Made by a program: the position numbers and the translations under genes
The notes under the pieces: model-generated
The model's input: only the letters and a program-made list of their open reading frames with translations
Databases searched by the model: none
Told to the model about the DNA's origin: nothing
Source of the DNA: a virus
Strand: one strand, 5' to 3'
DNA: 38,104 nucleotides
IMG/VR virus record: IMGVR_UViG_3300045988_057057
Coordinates: 1 to 38,104 of that record
Shown: one piece after another, positions 1 through 6,322 of the stretch
Layout of the letters: each line of letters starts with the position of its first letter
Numbering within the stretch: the first letter of the stretch is position 1

Positions 1-119
1 ATTATCTCTTTAGCAATATTTTTATTACCCTATATATATATATATATATATATATTACTGCTGTTGTTATGAAAAAGCAAGGCGAAACTCACATTTCTAT
101 GCATTATGACGAACTGAAT
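1..119. repeat. Left copy of the 119-bp exact direct terminal repeat
   Basis: Identical by eye to 37986-38104, including the (TA)12 tract. Confidence 0.95.
31..55. repeat. (TA)12 dinucleotide microsatellite, second copy at 38016-38040 within the terminal overlap
   Basis: tatatatatatatatatatatata followed by ttactg. It lies in the intergenic region between the CI-like gene and int, about 90 bp upstream of the int start. Confidence 0.95.
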
Positions 120-145
120 AAGAAAGAATTTAGCGGTATCTTAAC

Positions 146-1309
146 ATGAAATGTAAAATTTGCAAGAGGGACATTCCCGACAACTCAATATTTTGCTGTT
201 GGTGCGGCGAAAAGCAGCTCCGAGAACGGAAGAAGAAGGACGAAATAAAAGTCCCCAAACCCCGGCAGCTCAAGTCCGGCAAGTGGAACATCGAGCTGAA
301 AGCCGAGGGATGGAGCACAACAGAGGACACGCCCGAAGAGTGCATCATTAAGGCCAAAGCGATCCGCGCCGGTTTCCTTGAGGCGAGGAAAAAGCCAGAG
401 GACATAACTGTTGCTGACGCGATCACCAAATATATCACCCAACACTCAAGCGAACTCAAAGCGCGGAGCAAAGAACAGTACGAATACATCCGCGACAAGC
501 GGTTTGAAAGCCTTATGCAGTTGCGCTTGAGCGCAGTTACGGAAGAAAAGCTGAACGAGGCAAAGCAAAAAGAGCTTGCGAAAAAATCCCGCAAGGGCGG
601 TACGCTGTCGCCCAAAACAGTAAACGACGCTCTGAACCTTGTAATTACTGTTGTGAACACATATTCTAACGGTGCGCCAAGGGTGACAGTTAAGAAAGCC
701 GAGGTACAGCGAAAATTCAAGACGATCTTGCCGCCGGAAGAAATATTTCCTGCGATAGTCGGAACAGATATAGAATTGCCGTGCCTGCTGGCTATGTGGC
801 TCTCTCTGTCCATTTCCGAAATACGCGGATTAACGAAGTCGAAGTCGGTAAGAAACGGTCAACTGTACATTGTCGAAACAGTTGTTGATGTAAAAGGCAA
901 GCCCGTAAGAAAAGAGGGCGCAAAGGAAGAGGAGCGCCCGCGCGTTCTGGATATTCCCCCGTACATACAAGGCTTGATTAACAAGGTTAGCGGGGATGTT
1001 ATAGAGCCGAGGACAAGCCGGGCAGTCAACGCGCGTTTTCATAAGTGCATGGAAAAGGCGGGACTCCCCCCAATGAACTTCCATTCTCTTCGGCACGTTA
1101 ACGCATCACTCATGGCAGACCTCAATATTCCTACCCCAGTAGCGCAGGAGCGCGGCGGTTGGAAAACAGACTACACCATGAAACAGACATATACACACGC
1201 ATTTACTGCCAGCCGAAAAGAGGCGGACAAGAGGGTCGACGAACGCTTCATGCAGCTTATAAGCAAGAAAATTACGAACGAAAATACGAACAAGAAAAAA
1301 GAACCCTGA
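146..1309 (+). CDS. int: Tyrosine recombinase / phage integrase with N-terminal zinc ribbon
   Basis: 387-aa ORF. N-terminus has CxxC...CxxC (MKCKICKRD..FCCWCGEK). C-terminus has tyrosine-recombinase-type motifs (FHSLRHVNASLM, ERGGWKTDYTMKQTYTH). An attP-like tRNA fragment lies directly downstream. Confidence 0.9.
   Translation: MKCKICKRDIPDNSIFCCWCGEKQLRERKKKDEIKVPKPRQLKSGKWNIELKAEGWSTTEDTPEECIIKAKAIRAGFLEARKKPEDITVADAITKYITQHSSELKARSKEQYEYIRDKRFESLMQLRLSAVTEEKLNEAKQKELAKKSRKGGTLSPKTVNDALNLVITVVNTYSNGAPRVTVKKAEVQRKFKTILPPEEIFPAIVGTDIELPCLLAMWLSLSISEIRGLTKSKSVRNGQLYIVETVVDVKGKPVRKEGAKEEERPRVLDIPPYIQGLINKVSGDVIEPRTSRAVNARFHKCMEKAGLPPMNFHSLRHVNASLMADLNIPTPVAQERGGWKTDYTMKQTYTHAFTASRKEADKRVDERFMQLISKKITNENTNKKKEP
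1273..1291 (+). promoter_or_regulatory. Two direct TACGAAC heptamers left of the attP core (candidate arm-type integrase sites)
   Basis: TACGAAC occurs at 1273-1279 and 1285-1291, in the same orientation as two further copies at 1504-1510 and 1516-1522. Confidence 0.35.
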
Positions 1310-1336
1310 TTTTTCAGTGTGTTTGTGTTCTTTGTC

Positions 1337-1364
1337 ACAAGTTCGAGTCTTGTATCGTCCACCA
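1337..1364 (+). other. attP core candidate: 3-prime fragment of a tRNA gene (T-arm, acceptor 3-prime strand, discriminator, CCA)
   Basis: acaag-ttcgagt-cttgt forms a 5-bp T-stem with a TTCGAGT loop. It is followed by atcgtcc, a, cca. No matching 5-prime half is present, so this is a fragment next to int. Confidence 0.6.
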
Positions 1365-1373
1365 TCTAACCAG

Positions 1374-1410
1374 AAATCCCGTAGTCATTGAGACCACGGG
1401 ATTTTCTTTA
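1374..1410 (+). terminator. Rho-independent terminator-like hairpin after the tRNA fragment
   Basis: aaatcccgt (1374-1382) pairs with acgggattt (1396-1404), followed by tcttta. Confidence 0.5.
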
Positions 1411-1503
1411 TATTTCAATGGTTTGTGGGATTTTGACGCTATCGGAATCACGATACATTTATCTCATTTCTGATAGTTCTATCGGGGATTTAAGGTGCAA
1501 TTT

Positions 1504-1522
1504 TACGAACGGATTTACGAAC
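1504..1522 (+). promoter_or_regulatory. Two direct TACGAAC heptamers right of the attP core (candidate arm-type integrase sites)
   Basis: tttacgaacgg atttacgaacgc tandem. It overlaps the stop of the 1515-1997 gene. Confidence 0.35.
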
Positions 1523-1997
1523 GCGCAACTATGCTGTGATAGTACGCCGAAAGTTTTTCTTTCGGATCGGGGCCGTCCTTATCGAAGAGGAATTCTTTTG
1601 CAAGCTCTCCGAAAAATTCCGGAGTAGCTACGCCGAATTTCATTGCGGTGTTGTAGTAGTCCGAGAACATCATGTTCATAGCGGCGTTCCAGCACCATTC
1701 AGATATATGCTCGAACTTCACGCCCAGCGCAGACGCGACGGCGGTCGTCTGGTCAACCGTCCAATGCCCGCCGGTCGTTCCGTCATCGTTCTGCATCTTG
1801 GCATACCAGTGCATGACATCTTCATGTGTCAGAGCTTCGGTATGATATCCGCAGTGCTCCAGATGCTCGACAGCGTCCAGGCATTCAATCATGCTTTTGA
1901 CAGCCTCAGCGGAGCGCTCGGAGACGGGCAGCTCCATAAATTCGGCTAATCCCTTTTCAAGACGCGCTTTGTAGTCGGTGATATACTCTTTATTCAT
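1515..1997 (-). CDS. Hypothetical protein (160 aa)
   Basis: Clean ORF. The minus-strand sequence upstream of the ATG contains gagaggt as an SD. Contains the motif NDDGTTGGHWTVDQT. No family assigned. Confidence 0.75.
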   Translation of the reverse strand: MNKEYITDYKARLEKGLAEFMELPVSERSAEAVKSMIECLDAVEHLEHCGYHTEALTHEDVMHWYAKMQNDDGTTGGHWTVDQTTAVASALGVKFEHISEWCWNAAMNMMFSDYYNTAMKFGVATPEFFGELAKEFLFDKDGPDPKEKLSAYYHSIVARS

Positions 1998-2025
1998 GTG
2001 TTTAACCTCTCAGAATCGCCCACAA

Positions 2026-2364
2026 TCAACTTTGCATGATGTGGGTATATAAACTGTCTACATCCTGCTCCGTAAACGTCAGAGTGCCCACAACGGGCAA
2101 CGTGATAGGCGCGGAGCATTTCGCCGCTATCGGCTTCAAGTGCTGATACACCTTGTCGATATCAACGTTACCGGCTTCGTCAATCAGATTCAGCGCGGCA
2201 AAGGCTTTGTTTTTGCTCAGCTTCCGGAGCAGTTCCGGAGCGTCCGAGACGTAAGCCGAAGCCGCAGCCGCAACCAGCCATTTATTTACACCGGACATCT
2301 TCGCGATGATCTCCGTATCAAGATACCGGGCAACCCCGGCTTGGACTCTGTCTATACTGACCAT
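2026..2364 (-). CDS. Hypothetical protein (112 aa)
   Basis: ORF tightly spaced with its neighbours on the same strand. No recognisable motif. Confidence 0.7.
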   Translation of the reverse strand: MVSIDRVQAGVARYLDTEIIAKMSGVNKWLVAAAASAYVSDAPELLRKLSKNKAFAALNLIDEAGNVDIDKVYQHLKPIAAKCSAPITLPVVGTLTFTEQDVDSLYTHIMQS

Positions 2365-2422
2365 GTTTCAAATCCTTTCATTACAGCAGGGGAGGCGTAT
2401 GCCTCCCCCGGTTTGCTATGGC

Positions 2423-2950
2423 TTAGGTGGTCGCACCGGCGGCGGGCGTCACGATCTGAACCTTGACGTCACCCCAGCCGGGGCAGACGTTCCCGTTAGG
2501 AATGACGGTCTTAGTTAGACCCATGAGAGCCGCGACCTGAGACTGAAGCACGCTGACAGCGGCGTTATTAACGCCATTGTAAACGAGCTGCTGTTTCTCA
2601 AAGTCGTTGAAGCGATCCTTCAGCGCTCCGACCTGATTGTTGATGCTGTTGTACACGTCAACGAGCTTCTTATCAACGTCAGACTGCGCCTTGAGAATGG
2701 CGTTTTCCTGAACAAGCCCCAGCTCATAACGGCTGACGGGCTTGTCCTCGCTGCAACGTCCGCCTGCACCGAGAGCAGCGGCGAGAGCTGCACCCGCGGC
2801 CATACCGGAAAGATCAGCCGCAGCGTTACCGCCGCCGAAGAGACCGCCAAGACCGCCATTGAAAAGGCCAGAGTTGAGAGCACCAAGCGCGGTGCCGATT
2901 ATGCCGGTAGTAAGACCGGCGTCGCCAGTGGCTTTACTTGCGTATTCCAT
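2423..2950 (-). CDS. Glycine/alanine-rich (glycine-zipper-like) N-terminus plus coiled-coil protein (175 aa)
   Basis: N-terminal GLTTGIIGTALGALNSGLFNGGLGGLFGGGNAAADLSGMAAGAALAAALGAGG is followed by a heptad-like region. An SD (aggagga) lies upstream on the minus strand. Confidence 0.75.
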   Translation of the reverse strand: MEYASKATGDAGLTTGIIGTALGALNSGLFNGGLGGLFGGGNAAADLSGMAAGAALAAALGAGGRCSEDKPVSRYELGLVQENAILKAQSDVDKKLVDVYNSINNQVGALKDRFNDFEKQQLVYNGVNNAAVSVLQSQVAALMGLTKTVIPNGNVCPGWGDVKVQIVTPAAGATT

Positions 2951-3010
2951 GTTTTCCTCCTGTCATCAAAATTTTGTTCGTCCGTAGCGCTCCGGACTTC
3001 TGACAGAAGC

Positions 3011-3050
3011 ATAAAACAAAAGTGCGCCCGGTTAAATCAACCAGACGCAC
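3011..3050 (-). terminator. Rho-independent terminator after the 3066-3338 gene
   Basis: Minus strand reads gtgcgtctgg-ttgatttaa-ccgggcgcac, a 10-bp stem with 2 G-U pairs, followed by ttttgtttta. Confidence 0.5.
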
Positions 3051-3065
3051 ATTATTTACACAAAT

Positions 3066-3338
3066 TTACTGCTTCAACCGCTCGAACCACGATTGACCAG
3101 ACCAAGCGGAATATAGTTTGCCCATGCCGGAATCATACCAATTTTGCAGCCCATTCCGTGAGACGTCGAGGACTTCGGCGGCTTTTTCGCGCGTGAGGTC
3201 TTGACGACCGCAAAGCCTTACGGCGTCGGCTTCTCGCGCTGTTAAGTTGGCTTGCGATATAGCACCGTCAATGAGCCAAGGCGGAAACGGCGCCTGCAAA
3301 AATCTTTCAATGTCTCTGTTGCGCTGTGCATTATTCAA
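3066..3338 (-). CDS. Small sigma-70 region-4-like HTH regulator (90 aa, TTG start)
   Basis: LTAREADAVRLCGRQDLTREKAAEVLDVSRNGLQNWYDSGMGKL resembles sigma region 4 / late-gene activator HTH domains. GGTGAT SD sits before the TTG. Confidence 0.6.
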   Translation of the reverse strand: MNNAQRNRDIERFLQAPFPPWLIDGAISQANLTAREADAVRLCGRQDLTREKAAEVLDVSRNGLQNWYDSGMGKLYSAWSGQSWFERLKQ

Positions 3339-3355
3339 CCGGCATCACCGCCCAG

Positions 3356-3384
3356 ATAATAACAGACTTTTGCACAAAAAGCAA
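3356..3384 (-). promoter_or_regulatory. Sigma-70-type promoter for the 3066-3338 gene
   Basis: Minus strand reads TTGCTT, 17 nt, TATTAT (plus-strand aagcaa 3379-3384 and ataata 3356-3361). Confidence 0.4.
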
Positions 3385-3409
3385 GTGAGCCGGAGTAGTA
3401 CCGACTCAC
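3372..3409 (-). terminator. Rho-independent terminator ending the J-domain operon
   Basis: Minus strand reads gtgagtcgg-tactact-ccggctcac, a 9-bp stem with one G-U, followed by ttgctttttg. The stop codon lies in the stem. Confidence 0.5.
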
Positions 3410-3861
3410 CTTTCCCATGATTTTTTCTCAATGTCCTTGATGTATTCAATGCCGGGGCGTGCTTTCTTCAATTCCTCGAAGCGCTTTATTGCCGTGTGTC
3501 TCTCCTTGCCGGGGAAAGTCTCTGTTGCCGTTTCAACCTTTGTTCCGTCCTCATACTCTGTGAAATACCGGATGTAGTATGTTATGCCGTTGTAACCGTT
3601 GTAGCGCTCAAGTTTGACGCTGTCTTTACTCGGCATAGTGGCAAGCGCGTTGTATCTGGCGGCTAAATCCTGCCGGTACTCTATGAGCTGAGTAGTCAAG
3701 TGCTTGCACTCTGCAATTAACCGGGCGGCTTTGTCGTCATAGCTGCGCACATCGTCGAAGCTGGCGCAGGTGTCCGGGCGCTTCAACCATCCCCAGATTT
3801 TTATATCTGCTTCTTTGCTCGGACTTCCGTAGCGGGTGAATAATTCGTCTATGTAACTCAT
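3406..3861 (-). CDS. Hypothetical protein (151 aa; internal start preferred over the 199-aa ORF)
   Basis: The ATG at 3861 is preceded by aaaggga. The longer N-terminal extension overlaps a separate well-signalled small ORF. Confidence 0.7.
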   Translation of the reverse strand: MSYIDELFTRYGSPSKEADIKIWGWLKRPDTCASFDDVRSYDDKAARLIAECKHLTTQLIEYRQDLAARYNALATMPSKDSVKLERYNGYNGITYYIRYFTEYEDGTKVETATETFPGKERHTAIKRFEELKKARPGIEYIKDIEKKSWER

Positions 3862-3904
3862 GGTTTCCCTTTCTGCCCTCGTGACCTCCGGGGCGGGTCG
3901 TATA

Positions 3905-4066
3905 TTATGCAGCGAAACAGTCAATGACGATCCAAACGGCGAGCCCGTCCGGGTTGTTGTCGTCTGCGCCCCATTTGATGATTGAACCAACCGCAAGCGG
4001 GGCAAAAGTTATGAGCGCTTCGCACTGTCCTGTGCGCTTATTCTTGATTATGCAATGAAACTTCAT
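3905..4066 (-). CDS. Small hypothetical protein (53 aa)
   Basis: ATG at 4066 is preceded by AAGGAG at about 8 nt spacing. Translation is MKFHCIIKNKRTGQCEALITFAPLAVGSIIKWGADDNNPDGLAVWIVIDCFAA. It is below the ORF-track cutoff. Confidence 0.55.
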   Translation of the reverse strand: MKFHCIIKNKRTGQCEALITFAPLAVGSIIKWGADDNNPDGLAVWIVIDCFAA

Positions 4067-4100
4067 TTCTCAAATCTCCTTTCAATCGGTGGGGCGCGGC

Positions 4101-5090
4101 TTATGCTGCGCCCTCTATTTTTTTGAGCGCCTGCAAACGCTCTTCGTTACGCTTTGCGTACCAGCATTTTTTAACGCTGTGCCAGCGATACCCGGCAGCC
4201 TTGAGCGCGTCGCGCGTTTCCTGCAAGGGCTTAGAAGTGAAATAAACCTCGATACCGTCGAACTCGGCGTTAAACTCTACGCGAAGCGTTGCGAGCTTTG
4301 CCGGGGCTGTCTGGGGCTGATCCGCGTTAGCTTCTGCCGGTGCCGGTGCTTTGCTCTCGGCCTTGGCGGGGCGCTTCTCGGCTCTTGGAGCGCGGGGAAC
4401 TATCTTCACGCTGCCGGGGCTCTGCAGGCATCCGAAGTAATAGAAATTAACATCAAAATAATCTATCATGCTATCACAATCGTCATAATTGAAGCTGTTC
4501 ACATACTCGTCAACGGCCTTCACCGTGGCGCGGGTCTTGTCGGTCAGGCACTTATAAAATGCGCCGTACTCGCTCCAAATTCTTTCAAATTCGGATTTCT
4601 CTTCGGCCTTGTTCCAGCTGTTGAGAGTCCATACACTGTTGCGGGTGGCCTTCCGCCAACACTCGGAAATATCATCGTCTGTCATTTCCTCGTAGGTCTT
4701 GAAGATCTCCGCGGGGGCTTCTTTCATGTCAACGTGCAGTTCCTGACACATGGAAGCGTAGGACGTGCGGACGCTGAAACGGTAGTCCGGGAAAAATTCC
4801 TTAATGTACGCGCGGACGAGCTGCGCGATCTCCTTTAAGCTGCGCCCGGCTTCGTACCTCTCGCCCTTCCAGCCGTTCGCGGTGTAAAACTCGCTGCGGG
4901 TGCTCTGGGCGGTTTCGGTGCTCTGCGCGGCTGTCTTGGCCTTGAGCACGGGAAACATCATGTCATATTCGTTATTGATCTCTTTCATGGTCTCGACGTC
5001 GCCGCCGCGGTCGGGGTGGTGGATCATGGCCAGCCGTCTAAATTCCTTCTTGAGTTCCTCAAGGTTTTTGCACTGTGCGAAGTATTTCAT
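4101..5090 (-). CDS. J-domain (DnaJ-like co-chaperone) protein with unrelated middle and C-terminal domains (329 aa)
   Basis: N-terminus LEELKKEFRRLAMIHHPDRGGDVETMKEINNEYDMMF carries the HPD tripeptide of J-domains. A Pro/Ala linker follows. C-terminal motif is GYRWHSVKKCWYAK. Confidence 0.85.
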   Translation of the reverse strand: MKYFAQCKNLEELKKEFRRLAMIHHPDRGGDVETMKEINNEYDMMFPVLKAKTAAQSTETAQSTRSEFYTANGWKGERYEAGRSLKEIAQLVRAYIKEFFPDYRFSVRTSYASMCQELHVDMKEAPAEIFKTYEEMTDDDISECWRKATRNSVWTLNSWNKAEEKSEFERIWSEYGAFYKCLTDKTRATVKAVDEYVNSFNYDDCDSMIDYFDVNFYYFGCLQSPGSVKIVPRAPRAEKRPAKAESKAPAPAEANADQPQTAPAKLATLRVEFNAEFDGIEVYFTSKPLQETRDALKAAGYRWHSVKKCWYAKRNEERLQALKKIEGAA

Positions 5091-5140
5091 GTTCTTATCT
5101 CCTTATCTCTGAGCCTGTCGGCCTCGGTCGATGTGCCTTT

Positions 5141-5169
5141 ATGATAACCGTTAACGGTTAGAAAGTCAA
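5141..5169 (-). promoter_or_regulatory. Sigma-70-type promoter for the J-domain operon, with a palindromic operator in the spacer
   Basis: Minus strand reads TTGACT (plus agtcaa 5164-5169), 17 nt, TATCAT (plus atgata 5141-5146). The spacer contains the 16-bp perfect palindrome taaccgttaacggtta (5145-5160). Confidence 0.5.
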
Positions 5170-5227
5170 GCTCAAATTTGCACAAACGTTAACGGTTATT
5201 TTTGTGCAGTTTATACGTTTACGGTTA
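5149..5227. promoter_or_regulatory. Three copies of the CGTTAACGGTTA operator-like box in the divergent intergenic region
   Basis: cgttaacggtta occurs at 5149-5160 and 5187-5198, and cgtttacggtta at 5216-5227. The first copy is part of a perfect 16-bp palindrome. Confidence 0.55.
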
Positions 5228-5246
5228 CGGCCTTGCGTGGTATACT
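5218..5246 (+). promoter_or_regulatory. Extended -10 promoter for the RHH gene
   Basis: TGgTATACT at 5238-5246. A weak -35 tttacg at 5218-5223 overlaps the third operator box. Confidence 0.4.
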
Positions 5247-5263
5247 CTTTCCGAGGTGATGTA

Positions 5264-5443
5264 ATGGCTGTTACTGAAGCTCATAAGAGAGCAAGTAAAA
5301 AATGGAACGATAGCCGCGACAATATTATGTTACGGCCAGACAAGACCGAAGGCCAGCAGATCAGGCAAGCAGCCGCCGAGGCCGGGCAGAGTGTACAGGC
5401 GTTTGTTTTGAGCTGTTGCCGGGAATATATGAAAAGGGGGTGA
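5264..5443 (+). CDS. Ribbon-helix-helix (Arc/CopG-like) regulator (59 aa; internal start of the 79-aa ORF)
   Basis: GAGGTGA SD precedes the ATG at 5264. Sequence is MAVTEAHKRASKKWNDSRDNIMLRPDKTEGQQIRQAAAEAGQSVQAFVLSCCREYM. This fits a beta-strand plus two helices. Palindromic operators lie adjacent. Confidence 0.6.
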   Translation: MAVTEAHKRASKKWNDSRDNIMLRPDKTEGQQIRQAAAEAGQSVQAFVLSCCREYMKRG

Positions 5444-5447
5444 AACA

Positions 5448-5600
5448 ATGCCAACCGAAAAGGAAATGAAAGAAGCGCGTAAAGCTGTAGCGTTCGACTT
5501 GTTTAATATCCTTGACCAGAAGCCCGAACAGGAGACATACACGGCAGAGGAAATTAAAAAGCTTATAACCGTATACGTTCTTACAGCAAATCAGGATTAA
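5448..5600 (+). CDS. Small hypothetical protein (50 aa)
   Basis: The ATG lies 5 nt after the preceding stop. Translation is MPTEKEMKEARKAVAFDLFNILDQKPEQETYTAEEIKKLITVYVLTANQD. A terminator follows. Confidence 0.5.
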   Translation: MPTEKEMKEARKAVAFDLFNILDQKPEQETYTAEEIKKLITVYVLTANQD

Positions 5601-5613
5601 ACAACACTATTTA

Positions 5614-5641
5614 GACGGGGAGAAATTCCCCGTCTTTTTTT
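5614..5641 (+). terminator. Rho-independent terminator
   Basis: gacgggga-gaaat-tccccgtc, an 8-bp stem, followed by ttttttt. Confidence 0.8.
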
Positions 5642-5900
5642 ATGCCCTTTTTCGATGACTTGAAATCTCTTTAAATCTCTTTAATACTCTGTTAACTCGC
5701 AGATTCTCCCGTTCTCTTTAATTCTCTGCGTTCGTTCTCTATACTCGTAGTATATATAATAACTATACGTATTCTTTTCGGCCTCAGTCCCTTAGTATTA
5801 TAATATCTCCTATAGCTATAAAGACGTTACCGCAAATCCCCGTATATATTATAATATCCCTTATATCTATGGCTTAAAGTTATATATTCTATAGCTTGTC
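5642..5900. repeat. AT-rich non-coding region with short direct repeats
   Basis: Tandem aatctcttta units lie at about 5664-5684, with many TCTCT-containing words nearby. The 12-bp tattataatatc occurs at 5796-5807 and 5847-5858. Confidence 0.7.
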
Positions 5901-6322
5901 TTCGCGCGCGCAGGTTTCCGGGATTCTATTCACTACAGTGTGTTTAGAGCTATTGACAACAGATAGTATACCGTGTTATCCTTGCGCCGACAGATGAAAG
6001 CCCACGAAGTTCGCTCAATACATATTATGCGAACCAAATTGATATACAAAGCAGCAAATGTGTATAGTTTTGGCTACCATCCTGCGCAAGTGATTACATA
6101 TCGTAGTCAATTAGCCGTCTCCGTCCCCGCCTGGGTGCAATTATCCCCGGCGCGGGCTGCGTGGGCGCTGCTCCTTGTGTAGCCGATCCGGGGTTGACTC
6201 TCCCCTGATGGGGGTAGCGGAAAAAGAGACGCACACCTGAATATATATATAATTACAATTTCCAGACGCTTGAGACGACTTCCATAACTTGGGGGTACCG
6301 GAAAAACAAGGGGGCACGTATT

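Noticed and set aside
1-119. Terminal repeats as attL/attR, or as ends of an IS or transposon
   Set aside because: The repeats are direct, lie at the exact window ends, and no host DNA lies outside them. A far better att candidate sits next to int at 1337-1364, and no transposase is present.
69-149. 26-codon ORF overlapping the int start by ATGA (possible leader or Xis-like peptide)
   Set aside because: It is too short and has no recognisable HTH or SD. It is kept only as a note under the TA-repeat finding, not as a feature.
1337-1364. A second complete tRNA gene
   Set aside because: Only the T-arm, acceptor 3-prime strand and CCA are present. The upstream sequence cannot form D or anticodon arms or a matching 5-prime acceptor strand. 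It is better explained as the attP copy of a host tRNA 3-prime end.
3862-4005. N-terminal extension of the 199-aa ORF (start at 4005)
   Set aside because: The extension lacks an SD and overlaps a separate 53-aa ORF that has a perfect AAGGAG. The internal ATG at 3861 has its own SD.
5973-6182. 69-aa + strand ORF in the non-coding region upstream of the Com-like gene
   Set aside because: Neither the GTG nor the internal ATG has an SD. The C-terminus is hydrophobic and low-complexity, and the region is better described as non-coding.
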